From: a virus
Taxonomy: Duplodnaviria > Caudoviricetes
Virus record (IMG/VR): IMGVR_UViG_3300048851_000132
Location: 1 to 51,522 of that record
DNA length: 51,522 bases
Strand: one strand, 5' to 3'
Part shown: one piece after another, positions 28,683 through 38,020 of the stretch
Layout: every line of letters starts with the position of its first letter
Position numbering within the stretch: position 1 is the stretch's first letter
Position numbers and translations under genes: made by a program
The notes under the pieces: model-generated
Database searches by the model: none
The model's input: only the letters and a program-made list of their open reading frames with translations
What the model was told of the DNA's origin: nothing

Positions 28683-29063
28683 TCAGGCCGCCAGCTCCAG
28701 CTGCCGCGTGGTGACGATGCCCTTGATCTGCAGCGGCCAGGTCAGCCGGGTCAGCGCTTCCTGCCACAGGCGATGATCGCCCTGGTGGCGGAGGCGATCT
28801 GGCGCGCTTTGCCGCTCGCCCCAGAGGCGCAGCACGCGCGCATGCTCCAGGTAGATGCGACGCTGGCGGTAGAGCCGGTCGATGCACTTCAGCACATCGT
28901 CCGGCTCACACGGGCGCGCGACACCTTCGACCGTGAGGACAGGCCCGGCGCCGTCACGGCGTGCGATCAGCACCGCCATGGTCCAGAGCCATGCCTCTTC
29001 AGCGGAGGCGAAGGGTCGCGCGCCCTCCAGCACGGCCTCGGCCGTGTCTGTGGAAGGGGGCAT
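28683..29063 (-). CDS. Conserved hypothetical protein (PF.SAEEAW.W / RPCEPDD family)
   Basis: Motif pattern recalled from Rhodospirillales hypothetical proteins. First gene after the putative late promoter. Confidence 0.75.
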   Translation of the reverse strand: MPPSTDTAEAVLEGARPFASAEEAWLWTMAVLIARRDGAGPVLTVEGVARPCEPDDVLKCIDRLYRQRRIYLEHARVLRLWGERQSAPDRLRHQGDHRLWQEALTRLTWPLQIKGIVTTRQLELAA

Positions 29064-29104
29064 TTCGGGTTTTCCAGGTGGATCGCCGGCGGCTCAGGAG
29101 CCCT

Positions 29105-29190
29105 GAAACGCAAAGCGCCCGGAACCGTGGGGCTCCGGGAGCAATTGTGGCGGTGCGGTTTGCTTACCGTTTTCGCCGCCGCCACGTCAA
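29105..29190 (-). promoter_or_regulatory. Putative late promoter plus attenuating terminator (pR'/tR'-like)
   Basis: Minus-strand TTGACG overlaps the stop of the upstream regulator gene. It is followed by a CCCGGA..TCCGGG hairpin and a T-rich tract (CTTTGCGTTT). Confidence 0.55.
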
Positions 29191-29921
29191 GTCATGTCGA
29201 TGCCCCAGCGCTCCGCCAGATGGCGCAGGGCCTGCACCAGGGCCTCGGCCCGCGCCGCCTGCCCGCGCACCGTCAGTTCCTCCAAGCACAGGCCGGTCAG
29301 CAGCTCGTCGCCCGGATAGCCGATCTCTTCCATCAGCCGGTTCCAGGCGCGACGGGCCTTGGCCATGCCGTCGCTCATCTCGGCGACGCCGGTGCCGTTG
29401 CGGCCGATCTGCGCCACCTTGGAGGAGAACAGCCCGGCATCGTTGAACAGCCCCAGCAGCTTGTTCGCCGCGGCATACTGCCAGTCGTTCAGCTGGCCGT
29501 TGTCCCACATCCGGTCGATCAGGTGGCTGTCGGCGAACTGACGGGTCAGCGCCGCTTTCAGGGTGTCGTCGGACAAAAAGGCGATGGGCACCAGGCGCTG
29601 CGGCCGGGCCAGCATCGCGGTCAGGTCCTCGTCCTCCTCGCCATCCTGCCGCTGGCGCAGGATCTCGCTGGCCAGCGCACGGGACTGCCGCTCGCGCTCC
29701 AGCGCCTCGGCGCGCTGCTGCCGCGCAGTGTCCGCCACCTCGTCGGGGCAGACCCATGGCTTCGGCAGGTCCTGGCGGGCTTCATCGAAGACCACCACTT
29801 CGGCCGGCTGGTTGTCCTGCCGGGGCATGGCGCCCGCCGGCAGGGTCAAAGTGTTGCGCTGAACCGGCGCCGCCTCGGCTGCGCCCGTAACCAAGATTGC
29901 CGCTACGGCCGTGGCCGTCAT
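29187..29921 (-). CDS. Putative late-gene regulator (DUF6456-like, Q position)
   Basis: IDRM...GQL...QYAAA..L and terminal L..AL..LA..W pattern. Lies after the replication gene and before a promoter/terminator. Confidence 0.6.
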   Translation of the reverse strand: MTATAVAAILVTGAAEAAPVQRNTLTLPAGAMPRQDNQPAEVVVFDEARQDLPKPWVCPDEVADTARQQRAEALERERQSRALASEILRQRQDGEEDEDLTAMLARPQRLVPIAFLSDDTLKAALTRQFADSHLIDRMWDNGQLNDWQYAAANKLLGLFNDAGLFSSKVAQIGRNGTGVAEMSDGMAKARRAWNRLMEEIGYPGDELLTGLCLEELTVRGQAARAEALVQALRHLAERWGIDMT

Positions 29922-30067
29922 GTCCGCCCCCGCGCCGGAGCCCCCTTCGGCGCGGAACGAGAATAGAAGATGCTCACGGCCGCGTGAAGAAAAATCCAGC
30001 CCCAGGTTGGGTTGGCCGGAATAATTAGGGTCGAAATGCCCGGTTCCTGAGACGCCCTGGATGCCCA

Positions 30068-31153
30068 TTAGGCGCACTGCCGGGCCGGCTCGGCCACCTG
30101 CAGCATGATCCCTCGGCACTCCGGCAGCAGCGCCCGGCAGGCCCCCTCGATCTGCGGCTTGAAGCGGCCCGCCACGTGGTCGCGATGGAAGCGGCCCGGG
30201 GCGGCGATCAGGGCATAGCCTTCCTCGACCCCCAGCAGCACCAGGCGGCTCAGCCAGGCGCGGTATTCCGCTGTCTCGATCTGCTGCCGCAGAGCGGCAT
30301 GCACCCCGCACCACGCGGCGTTGAGGCTGGCGATCTCGCAGGCCGGGGCCGCCGCCTCGGCTGGCTCGGCCGCTGCCGACGTCGCACTGGCCGCCGGGGC
30401 TGATCCCGTCACCCCAGCCCGCTCGGCGTTCTCGTCGCACCAGATCCGCCAGCGGGCCGAGACGTCGGCCAGCGGACGGCCGGAGGCGAGGAAGTGGTCC
30501 CGGAAGCGGCGGGCGACCGGCTTGGGATCCAGTCCGAGGCTGCGGGCGTAGTTCCGGTCCTCCTCCGATGGCTGCCAATCCCGATCTAGGGGGCGGGGGG
30601 TCGCGCGCGCCTGCGCGCCCTCCCCCCTGGTGGTTCTTTGGTGGTTCTCTGGTGGTTGGGGTGCAGATGGCGCACCGAAAACTGACGAAATTTGCACCGC
30701 TGAAACCACGGAATTTGCACCGCAATCGGGCGCTTCATCGACTGCTGGCTTGGGTGCGCCATTTGCACCACAAGCAGATGAAGTGACAGGTACTTCAGAA
30801 GCTTCCTGCTGCAAGCGATGTTTTTTATAAGCCCGACGCGCGCTGCGGGTCTGCGGTGCAGACGGCGCACCCAAAAGCGGCTTGGTCAGGTTCAGGTGGC
30901 GGTTCAGCCGGTAGCGCGAGGATGTGCGATGGCGGCGCATGACGACGATCAGCCCCATCTCCTCCAGCACCGCCAGGGCATCCAGCACGGCGCGCTTCGA
31001 CAGGCTGGTGCAGTCGCTGAGCGTCTCCACCGAAGGCCAGCACTCGTCCCGCTCGTCAGCGAAGTCCGCCAGCTCGCGCAGCACGCTGCGCGGTGACGGC
31101 TTGATCCGGGTCCGGTGCATGCCCTTGACCCAATTCATGCAGGGGATGCTCAT
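30068..31153 (-). CDS. Phage replication initiator (N-terminal HTH, C-terminal DnaA_N-like domain)
   Basis: VL..LAD.AD...CWPS..TL...T.LS.R.V..AL..LE..GLI winged HTH. C-terminal W..V...LR..I....Y..W...L..AP..F..D.V. Confidence 0.85.
   Translation of the reverse strand: MSIPCMNWVKGMHRTRIKPSPRSVLRELADFADERDECWPSVETLSDCTSLSKRAVLDALAVLEEMGLIVVMRRHRTSSRYRLNRHLNLTKPLLGAPSAPQTRSARRAYKKHRLQQEASEVPVTSSACGANGAPKPAVDEAPDCGANSVVSAVQISSVFGAPSAPQPPENHQRTTRGEGAQARATPRPLDRDWQPSEEDRNYARSLGLDPKPVARRFRDHFLASGRPLADVSARWRIWCDENAERAGVTGSAPAASATSAAAEPAEAAAPACEIASLNAAWCGVHAALRQQIETAEYRAWLSRLVLLGVEEGYALIAAPGRFHRDHVAGRFKPQIEGACRALLPECRGIMLQVAEPARQCA
30660..30871. repeat. Iteron-like repeats inside the initiator gene (lytic origin)
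   Basis: GGTGC-N7-GCACC palindromes at 30660, 30753, 30855, with half-sites AATTTGCACC at 30689 and 30712. Analogous to lambda ori inside gene O. Confidence 0.7.
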
Positions 31154-31325
31154 GGCCGTTATCCAGCAAGCCGCCTGCGGTCGCACACACGCGACCGCAG
31201 GAAAGACGGGAAGCAGGGAATCAGGCGCCCGCCGCCACCCTGGGGATGTGCAGGGGATGTCGCGGCGGCGGGTCGCCCCTCGCCCACACGAAGGGGGTTC
31301 GGGGGCGAGATCTCGGAAAGGGGTG

Positions 31326-31844
31326 TCATGCGGCAGCTGCGAGTTGGGAGGCGCTGGCGAGCTGCGCCGCCACGGCCGCCAGCACATCCTCGGACTGGGC
31401 ATGCAGCTCCAGCGTCTCACGCTGGATCTGGACCAGGTCTTCGGCGCACAGGCGGCCATCGGCGAGCCCATCGGCGAAGACCCGGGCCACATCGGCGCTC
31501 TCGGCCGCCAACTCCGCCAGCTCCCGCACCACACACTGGCCGGCGCCCAGATCGGGCTGCACCAGCGCCAGGCCATGGAGGCGCGCCAGCTCGGCGGTGA
31601 CCAGCTGGGCACCAGCGACACGTTCCAGCCGCACGATCAGATCCGGCGGCAGAAACTGCTGGCAATTCGGATTCTGGTAGTTGGAAAGCTGCGAGCGCCG
31701 CACGCGGCGGCCGCCATCCGTGCGCAACACTGCGACCGTTGCTTCCAGGCCGCCCAGGCGCTCGATCAGCTGCCGCGTGGCGCCCTTCAGGGCGCGGGCT
31801 TCGGCCTCAGCGCGCTGCGCCAGGTCATGTGAATTGCCGGTCAT
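31326..31844 (-). CDS. CII-like regulatory protein
   Basis: LK.ATR.LI...GG, LS.Y..P....F.P.D...LE...G...VT..LA and LADG motifs. Lies downstream of cro. Confidence 0.7.
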   Translation of the reverse strand: MTGNSHDLAQRAEAEARALKGATRQLIERLGGLEATVAVLRTDGGRRVRRSQLSNYQNPNCQQFLPPDLIVRLERVAGAQLVTAELARLHGLALVQPDLGAGQCVVRELAELAAESADVARVFADGLADGRLCAEDLVQIQRETLELHAQSEDVLAAVAAQLASASQLAAAA

Positions 31845-32110
31845 ATGGACACGCTCCAGTTTACCGGGGCGCAGCGGCTGGGCAGGCTCTGCGCATGGTG
31901 AAGACCATCGACAGGGGACGCGGGCGTGGGGTGTGCCGGCGTCTCCCCCTCCATTGGCGGCAGCGCTTCCTGTTCGTGCCGGGCAACAGCACGGCGCAGG
32001 GGGCGCTGCATGCCGTGCGTCTCGACGCGCCGGATGGTCTCCGCACAGGGCGCAGGGGGCGCCTGGTGCCGGCGGGCAAGCCGATGGAGGGGAACTTCGG
32101 CGGCGGGCAT
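31841..32110 (-). CDS. Hypothetical protein
   Basis: 89-aa ORF with ATGA overlap to the CII-like gene. Weak support. Confidence 0.4.
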   Translation of the reverse strand: MPAAEVPLHRLARRHQAPPAPCAETIRRVETHGMQRPLRRAVARHEQEALPPMEGETPAHPTPASPVDGLHHAQSLPSRCAPVNWSVSI

Positions 32111-32434
32111 AGCAAAGGCTCCAGATGCCAGCGCTCAGCTGGCGGCCGTCAGGACAAGCGCGCAGCGCTTCAGCATCCGCGCTTCGACAGGCGAAGCGGC
32201 AGAGAGGCCGAGAGGCATAGCGAAAGGGTTCAGCGATCCGCGCGCGGAGCCGCCGGCAGGCCCGAGAGGGCTGGATGCTCAGGGCGCGGTCGCTTTCCTC
32301 CTGCGGAAACGCGAATTGCGTCCTGCGTAAATTCCAGGACGCAGGTCCTGTAGGAGGGAAAGGAGGCCGACCGTCATGGTTTCAGGCCACGCCCGACAGG
32401 CTGCGGCAGCAGCCAGTGTCTAAATGCCGCTGCA

Positions 32435-32686
32435 TCAGGCGGGCTCCGGAGCAACTGGCATCAGTACGGGCATACCTTCTCGAGCTAAGCGCCGAGCGCG
32501 ATCCAGAGCCAAATCCTGCACAGTCACCGTGCCTTTAGAGGTAGCTGCAACTTCGGTCCAACGAACATCAGGAACACCATGCTTCCTCCACGAAGCGAGC
32601 GTGCGCACGGAAATCCCCACTTCCTCGCGGAAGGGAGCCGGGCCGCCGGCAGCGGTGATGGCCGCTTCAAGGGGTGTTCCGATCAT
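32435..32686 (-). CDS. Cro-like repressor
   Basis: AI..AGG...F...VGIS...L.SW...GVP HTH, divergent from the CI-like gene. Confidence 0.85.
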   Translation of the reverse strand: MIGTPLEAAITAAGGPAPFREEVGISVRTLASWRKHGVPDVRWTEVAATSKGTVTVQDLALDRARRLAREGMPVLMPVAPEPA

Positions 32687-32695
32687 GCGCCCATG

Positions 32696-32770
32696 ATGCA
32701 GAATTTCTGCATTCCGTCAATCCAATACTCTGCAACGCACGAAAGGTCAGAGCGGTGCAGAATTTCTGCC
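32696..32770. promoter_or_regulatory. OR-like operator region
   Basis: ATGCAGAATTTCTGCAT (32696-32712), TGCAGAATTTCTGCC (32756-32770) and a degenerate middle site. Minus-strand -35 TTGACG at 32720-32715. Confidence 0.85.
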
Positions 32771-33049
32771 ATGAATAGCAGTGACCATAAGCGCCAGGTC
32801 GGACGAAACCTTTCCCTGCTCTGCCAAGCGATCGGCAGCACGGATGCCGAGATCGCCAGATCGGTCGGCGTCAGCAACAGCAAGCTGGGAAACTGGAAAC
32901 GAGGCGATAACTACATCGACCCCTACGTCGCGACGCAGCTGTGCGACCGCTATGGCGTCACCATGGATTGGATCTTCCGTGGAAAGCTGTATGGACTTCC
33001 AAAAGAACTGGCAGACAAGATCTCAAGCCTGATGGTGCTCCCCCGATAG
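32771..33049 (+). CDS. CI-like XRE HTH repressor (short, no S24 peptidase domain)
   Basis: AEIARSVGVS...LGNW.RG and L...YGVT.DWIF.G motifs. 92 aa, flanked by operators. Confidence 0.85.
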   Translation: MNSSDHKRQVGRNLSLLCQAIGSTDAEIARSVGVSNSKLGNWKRGDNYIDPYVATQLCDRYGVTMDWIFRGKLYGLPKELADKISSLMVLPR

Positions 33050-33182
33050 GCGGGTTCTACCTTCCGAGCGATCTCGTCTAGCCGCGGGTGCATGGTGGCG
33101 AGTCTCCTTCTGATTTCCCTTGCCAGGGAAGCACATAAGAACAATACGTGAACAGTCTAAACCTGCCGGGGCTGTTTGCACA

Positions 33183-33234
33183 ATGCAGGAAATCTGCATT
33201 TATCCTTTGACGATATGCAGAAATACTGCACTAT
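33183..33234 (+). promoter_or_regulatory. OL-like operators and early promoter
   Basis: ATGCAGGAAATCTGCAT (33183-33199) and ATGCAGAAATACTGCAC (33215-33231) flank TTGACG (33207-33212). Confidence 0.85.
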
Positions 33235-33263
33235 GCCGCCACACCCCGTGTGAGGAGGCCTCA

Positions 33264-33668
33264 GTGGCAGTCTCGATCAGCGTTTCTCCGGTTGCCTCGG
33301 CGACCGTCGCCCGCCCCGCTCTGCTGTCCTTCCTGGCGGTCGCCGCCGCTGGCATGACGCAGCGCTGGCGCCAGCAGACCCGCTCCACCATCCAGCTCGT
33401 CCGCAACGCCCGGGCGCAGCTGCTCGCCGAAGCCGCCCGCCGCGAGGCAGCCCGGCGCCGCCAGCTGCGCGACCGCCGGCCTCTCGCCAGCGCATCGCGC
33501 GGTGTCGCCCACCTGCAGATGCTCGCGGCGGAGAACTGGGCGCTGGCCTACGACGCCATGGCCAATGGTCATCGCGACACGGCCGCCGAGCGTCGGGCGG
33601 AAGCCGTGTGGTTCACGACCGAAGCGCGCAACCGCGCCGCCTTCGCCGCTCTCTGGCCGGAGGTCTGA
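33264..33668 (+). CDS. Hypothetical early protein
   Basis: GTG start after a GAGGAGG RBS. First gene of the early operon. Confidence 0.7.
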   Translation: MAVSISVSPVASATVARPALLSFLAVAAAGMTQRWRQQTRSTIQLVRNARAQLLAEAARREAARRRQLRDRRPLASASRGVAHLQMLAAENWALAYDAMANGHRDTAAERRAEAVWFTTEARNRAAFAALWPEV

Positions 33669-33671
33669 GGC

Positions 33672-34046
33672 ATGCTCCCTCGCCTTCCCCTCCGCATGGT
33701 GCCGCCGGATCCGCAGCAGGATGGCGCGGCCGCGGCGATCACCGGCCAGATGATGGACGAGCGCGATCACTACCGCGCCGCTCTGCTCTGGGCCTGGAGT
33801 GCCGAGCGCTGCGCTTCCGGCGAGGTCCTGCTGCGCGCTGCCTTGGGCGAACTGGGCCCCGGCATGCATCGCGAGCCGCCTGCCATGGAGGACCTGTCCC
33901 GGTTGGTGCGCCTGCTGCGCACCATGCCCTGGGCGCGTGAAGGCTTCCTCGACCTCGGTCGTGACAGCGAGGCCTGGAAGGTCGCCGGCAATGTCCTCTG
34001 CGAAGCGGCGGGCCTGCCCGACCCCTGGCTGTGGGGGCGTTCCTGA
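33672..34046 (+). CDS. Hypothetical early protein
   Basis: 124-aa ORF with operon spacing. Confidence 0.7.
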   Translation: MLPRLPLRMVPPDPQQDGAAAAITGQMMDERDHYRAALLWAWSAERCASGEVLLRAALGELGPGMHREPPAMEDLSRLVRLLRTMPWAREGFLDLGRDSEAWKVAGNVLCEAAGLPDPWLWGRS

Positions 34047-34609
34047 TAGACCTGTTCGGGTTTTCGGCTCCGAAAACGACGCCGCCAGCGCGGCGGTCAG
34101 CGCCGGCGCTCGGTCGCATCACCGCGACCGCTCCGGTGCAGGAGGTTCCGCCGCCAGTGGTGGCATTGCCGCCGCAGCGGCCCGCCCTGCCCGCCCGTAC
34201 CACCCGCGACAGCCAGGATATCCAGGACGTCACCGATGGTGCCGCCATCACCGTTGCCAGCATCCTGGAAGGCTTCACGCTGCAGGGGCCGGGCAACGCC
34301 TATGCCGGGGCCTCGCTGCGCCAGGTGATCCGCTGGATTGTGCGCGGCCTGGACGCCGATGGTTGGCTGCGGCCGGCGCCGGAGCCCGGTGCGCCTTCGC
34401 GCTTCCTGGTGGCGTTGCATCCGCCGGTGGCCTGCCCGCTGGAGGTCTACCAGCTGCTGACGCAGATGGAGGCAGCCATCAGCGCCGGCCAGATCATCGC
34501 GGGTCCAGGCCAGGACCACACCGCGCTCACCGCCTGGGCCGCCCATGCCCGCCGCACGCTGCACCAGCATCGCGCGGTGACTCAGGCGCGGAGTGAGCCG
34601 CATGCCTGA
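34031..34609 (+). CDS. Hypothetical early protein
   Basis: 192-aa ORF overlapping its neighbours. Confidence 0.65.
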   Translation: MGAFLIDLFGFSAPKTTPPARRSAPALGRITATAPVQEVPPPVVALPPQRPALPARTTRDSQDIQDVTDGAAITVASILEGFTLQGPGNAYAGASLRQVIRWIVRGLDADGWLRPAPEPGAPSRFLVALHPPVACPLEVYQLLTQMEAAISAGQIIAGPGQDHTALTAWAAHARRTLHQHRAVTQARSEPHA

Positions 34610-35258
34610 CGGGATCCTGCGCTCAACCACCCGCGTCACCACCGTGCGCGAGCTGGCGCTGCGCTTGCTGGCGGGGCAGCAGCTGACGCATTGCCATGGC
34701 GCCGGCTGGTCTGTGGGGCCGGAGCTGGTGCCGGTGGATGCGAGCGTTCTGCGCCAGCTGCAGACGGGCTTCCGCCTGGTACCGGGTGGCGATGCCCTGC
34801 CCGGCTTCGCGGCCTCGATGTCGCAGACGATGGTGCTGGAGCCGCTGCGCAACAACGACGACGTACTGGGCCAACTGCGCCCGGCTGTGCGCGCCGCCGG
34901 TGGCCCCACCGCCTATGCCCGCCAGCATGGCTTGTCGAAGTCGTCCGTGGTGATGGTCGAGGGCGCCAGCCGCGACATGACGCCAGCTGTGGCGGCAACG
35001 CTCGGCATGGTGCCCTACACGGCCTGGAAGCCTGCGTCGCCTGCGGCCAAGTCGCCCGCCACACGGCAGCCCCGCCAGTCCCGTCCCTTTGAGGACTGGA
35101 TGCTGCGCTTCAACCGGCTGCTGCGTCAGGCGACCTCGGATCGCGTGCGCGAAACGGCAGCGATGCGTCCCCAACGGTGGAAGGATTGCTGGTCGGAGGG
35201 AATGACGCCGCAGGAGGCCTACGACCGACACTGCAAGCCGTGGGAAGACGCCGCGTGA
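34602..35258 (+). CDS. Hypothetical early protein (possible HTH)
   Basis: GGPTAYARQHGLSKSSV is HTH-like. GGAG RBS and coupling overlap. Confidence 0.65.
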   Translation: MPDGILRSTTRVTTVRELALRLLAGQQLTHCHGAGWSVGPELVPVDASVLRQLQTGFRLVPGGDALPGFAASMSQTMVLEPLRNNDDVLGQLRPAVRAAGGPTAYARQHGLSKSSVVMVEGASRDMTPAVAATLGMVPYTAWKPASPAAKSPATRQPRQSRPFEDWMLRFNRLLRQATSDRVRETAAMRPQRWKDCWSEGMTPQEAYDRHCKPWEDAA

Positions 35259-35521
35259 CAGCGATGCGCGGCAAACTGCTGCGCTGCGAGCCGATGCTGA
35301 GCGAGCAGGAGCGACACCTGCTCGACATCGAGGAAGCCCGCTTGCAGGGCTTCCAGGATGGACACGCGGAAGGTGTGCGCAATGCCCTGACGGCGGTGCG
35401 TCGCGCCGCTGACAGTCAGGCGGTGCGCTGGCGCGGGATGGCATCGAAGGAAGCCATTCAAACCGCCTGCGACGAATTCATCGAGATCTTGGCACCCAAA
35501 GAAGGGACGAGCCGTGGCTGA
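35255..35521 (+). CDS. Hypothetical early protein
   Basis: GTGA overlap with the upstream stop. Confidence 0.55.
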   Translation: MTAMRGKLLRCEPMLSEQERHLLDIEEARLQGFQDGHAEGVRNALTAVRRAADSQAVRWRGMASKEAIQTACDEFIEILAPKEGTSRG

Positions 35522-35744
35522 TACTGAGAGCATCAAGGCGCGCATCCGCTTGGTGCCTAGCAGGAGCCTGGCGCGGCCCACCTGCCCTCAGGTCAGCAGC
35601 TCAGTGCAGCCAGCAGCAAAGACCACAGATAGTAGAGCAAGAAAGCGCATGGCCGACATTCGTTTGCTTCGGTGACGTCATCCTGCACTCTGTGGAACGG
35701 CATATCGAGGGCCCTTCTCCTCCTAGCCCCGAAAGGCGAGCACT

Positions 35745-35963
35745 TTGGACAATCCCCTCCCCGACTTTTTCCTGCGTCTGGAAGAAGCCTCCGCCGCATC
35801 AGCAGCGGTAGACGACTTCGACGTGAATAGCGCCGATCCAGCAAGCGCAGCCACTTTTGCGAAGTTGGTGGCTGAGCAGGCTGAGGCAGCGGTGGAGTTA
35901 GTTCGCTACGTTCAAGAACAAGGCGAGGCGATCATCGCTGCCCTTTCCTCACCGCCTGTCTAA
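35745..35963 (+). CDS. Hypothetical protein
   Basis: 72-aa acidic/helical ORF. Confidence 0.5.
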   Translation: MDNPLPDFFLRLEEASAASAAVDDFDVNSADPASAATFAKLVAEQAEAAVELVRYVQEQGEAIIAALSSPPV

Positions 35964-36009
35964 CCCCGGTTTTGCAGAAGCTGAGCGATGCTACAGATCT
36001 TCAGCAGCG

Positions 36010-36198
36010 TCATTTGAGTTTTGGCTTGAAGGTGTTGGCCGCTTTGGGTGGTAGCAGTTCTTTGTCGCCGAAGCGGATTGCCGCATCTACTGCAATTGCA
36101 GCTTCGACATACCAAGACCGGACTTCATCCGTCTCAGAATCCCATTCCGTGTCTGGGCAGAATAGCTTGTGGAGACGCACTGCGATGGCAACGCTCAT
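36010..36198 (-). CDS. Hypothetical protein
   Basis: 62-aa lower-GC ORF with protein-like composition. Confidence 0.45.
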   Translation of the reverse strand: MSVAIAVRLHKLFCPDTEWDSETDEVRSWYVEAAIAVDAAIRFGDKELLPPKAANTFKPKLK

Positions 36199-36357
36199 GA
36201 TGCCTGTTCCCAGCCCAATCAGGTTAATGCACGGCGATGCACGGCCGCGACCCGAGGCAAGGGAGGCATCTGCTGTTTATCACAGCACGAGCCGAGGGAA
36301 TACATCATACCAGAAGGGTGAAAACCCATGGGAACTCGCGTCCGAAAGGCGAACACC

Positions 36358-36666
36358 ATGAGCGTGATAGAAGAGGTCGCTGCCGAGCGGCGCCGCCAGA
36401 TCGAAGCTGAAGGCTGGACGCCCGAGCATGACGACCAGCATGCGGATGGGCAGATGGCCAAGGCTGCGGCCTGCTATGCAGCCACTGGCGCGATCCCTCC
36501 CGAGAAGCTGACAGCCAAGGCTGGGGACCTGATGACACGGACTTGGCCGTGGGAGCGGAGCTGGTGGAAGCCGCGCGGTGGCCGCAAGGATCTAGTCCGC
36601 GCAGCGGCGCTGATCGTCGCCGAGATCGAGCGGCTGGACCGAGCTGCCGCCCGCAACTCGCCATAA
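36358..36666 (+). CDS. Conserved phage protein of unknown function
   Basis: AERRRQI..EGWTPEHDD.H..G..A.AAACYA..WPW...WWKP..R.DLVRAAALI.AEIERLDR is a widespread phage motif. Confidence 0.88.
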   Translation: MSVIEEVAAERRRQIEAEGWTPEHDDQHADGQMAKAAACYAATGAIPPEKLTAKAGDLMTRTWPWERSWWKPRGGRKDLVRAAALIVAEIERLDRAAARNSP

Positions 36667-36708
36667 CTTCTGACACCTTGCAACAACCACCACGCGGCAG
36701 ATGACGCA

Positions 36709-37308
36709 ATGAAGATCGGATACATGCGGGAGAGCGCGGCGGGCCCGTCATTGGCAGAGCAGCAGGCCCTGCTGCGCCTGGCCGGCATCGAGGACTTTAG
36801 CAGGCACGCCCCGGTCTATACCGACCGCCGCCGCAAGGGTCCGACCGCCACGACACCAGAGCGCGATGCCATGGTGCGCATCCTGCGGCCGGGTGATGTG
36901 GTGATCATCGCGAAGGCCACGCGCCTCGGCACCAGCCGGGCCGACGTGCTGAAGGCCATGGCCGCCATCACGGCGCGTGGCGCGGCGATCCATGACGCCG
37001 AGGTCGGGCAGGATGTGCAGCTGCACCCCGACGCCGTGCCGGCCATCGCCTTTGCCGATCGGGCGGAGAGTGGCGCCAAGCGGGAACAGGCCGCGAGGAT
37101 GCATGTCCGGAAGGTGGCGCTGGGCGTGACCGGCGGCCGGCCGGAGCGGCTGCAGGGCAACACGAAGGCGGCCGCCGCGGCGGCCTGGGCAGATCTCACC
37201 AAGACCGTCCAGCAGGTGGCGGTCGAGTTCAACGTAGGGGCACGGACACTCTATCGGCTGTTCGGGCCGAAGGGCACGCCCCGCTTTGGCAAGAAGGCTC
37301 AACCATGA
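36709..37308 (+). CDS. Serine recombinase 2 (Pin/Hin-like with C-terminal HTH)
   Basis: MKIGYMRES, LRPGD.V.I....RLG and GGRP hinge, plus a C-terminal HTH (VA.EFNVG.RTLYR). Confidence 0.9.
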   Translation: MKIGYMRESAAGPSLAEQQALLRLAGIEDFSRHAPVYTDRRRKGPTATTPERDAMVRILRPGDVVIIAKATRLGTSRADVLKAMAAITARGAAIHDAEVGQDVQLHPDAVPAIAFADRAESGAKREQAARMHVRKVALGVTGGRPERLQGNTKAAAAAAWADLTKTVQQVAVEFNVGARTLYRLFGPKGTPRFGKKAQP

Positions 37309-37607
37309 GCGAACAACAGACGGCCCGGCAGTTTCCCACCCGGCGGCTTCAATCCCGATCACTGAGGGCAGGGCCTAGGACGTCATCTCAGGAGAGCGGA
37401 TGACTTCGTTGCTGCGGGCCGAACTCGAAACCGGCTGCCTGAAGGAAGCACTCCAAAGGAGTGCCCTGTACCGTCAGATGGTGCCCCCGCGTGTCCTTCC
37501 ACGCCGCCGCAGCCAGAGGATCATAGCACGGGTGCGCTCACCCCCTGCACAAGATTACGACAGTCCCAAAATCCGGCTCCTGATCCAGCGAATGAAGGAC
37601 AGACGGT

Positions 37608-37847
37608 ATGAGTGACCAACAAACGGCCGCGAACTGCGGCAAGCGCAAGCCTTCGCCAGAGTACTGGTGGGCTGAGGAGATCCAATCCGGAAAGGTCATG
37701 CCAGTAGAAGTCATCAGAGAGCAGTCAGATGGGGTCAACGACAGCGTCGTTATGATCGGAGATGAGGGCAAGTGGGATGTGAAGTTCTACAGGCTGATCG
37801 AACAGCTGCACCCGCCCGGCCGGAAGGCGGTGGCAGATGAGCGATGA
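37608..37847 (+). CDS. Hypothetical protein (array ORF, MSDQQTA start)
   Basis: 79 aa with an RBS. Its stop overlaps the next array motif. Confidence 0.7.
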   Translation: MSDQQTAANCGKRKPSPEYWWAEEIQSGKVMPVEVIREQSDGVNDSVVMIGDEGKWDVKFYRLIEQLHPPGRKAVADER

Positions 37848-37986
37848 AACGGCCGCCCAGCCCGCACCATGCAGATGGTGCAGTAGCCGAGGCTAGTACT
37901 GGGCTGCCGGACCAGGCGAGCGGTACCAGGAGCGGTGCGACGTGTGCCTGCCGCCCGAGACGGAGGAAAGCCGCGATGGCCAATGA
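37837..37986 (+). pseudogene. Small CxxC..CxxC Zn-finger ORF with in-frame TAG
   Basis: Translates MSDETAAQPAPCRWCSSRG*YWAAGPGERYQERCDVCLPPETEESRDGQ*. Confidence 0.5.
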
Positions 37987-38020
37987 TCCTCAAACGGCCG
38001 AGATAATGAGGCCGGATTAC

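Noticed and set aside
27457-37308. Either serine recombinase as the prophage integrase
   Set aside because: At 238 and 199 aa they lack the zinc-ribbon/coiled-coil extension of large serine integrases, and no attL/attR or host flanks are present.
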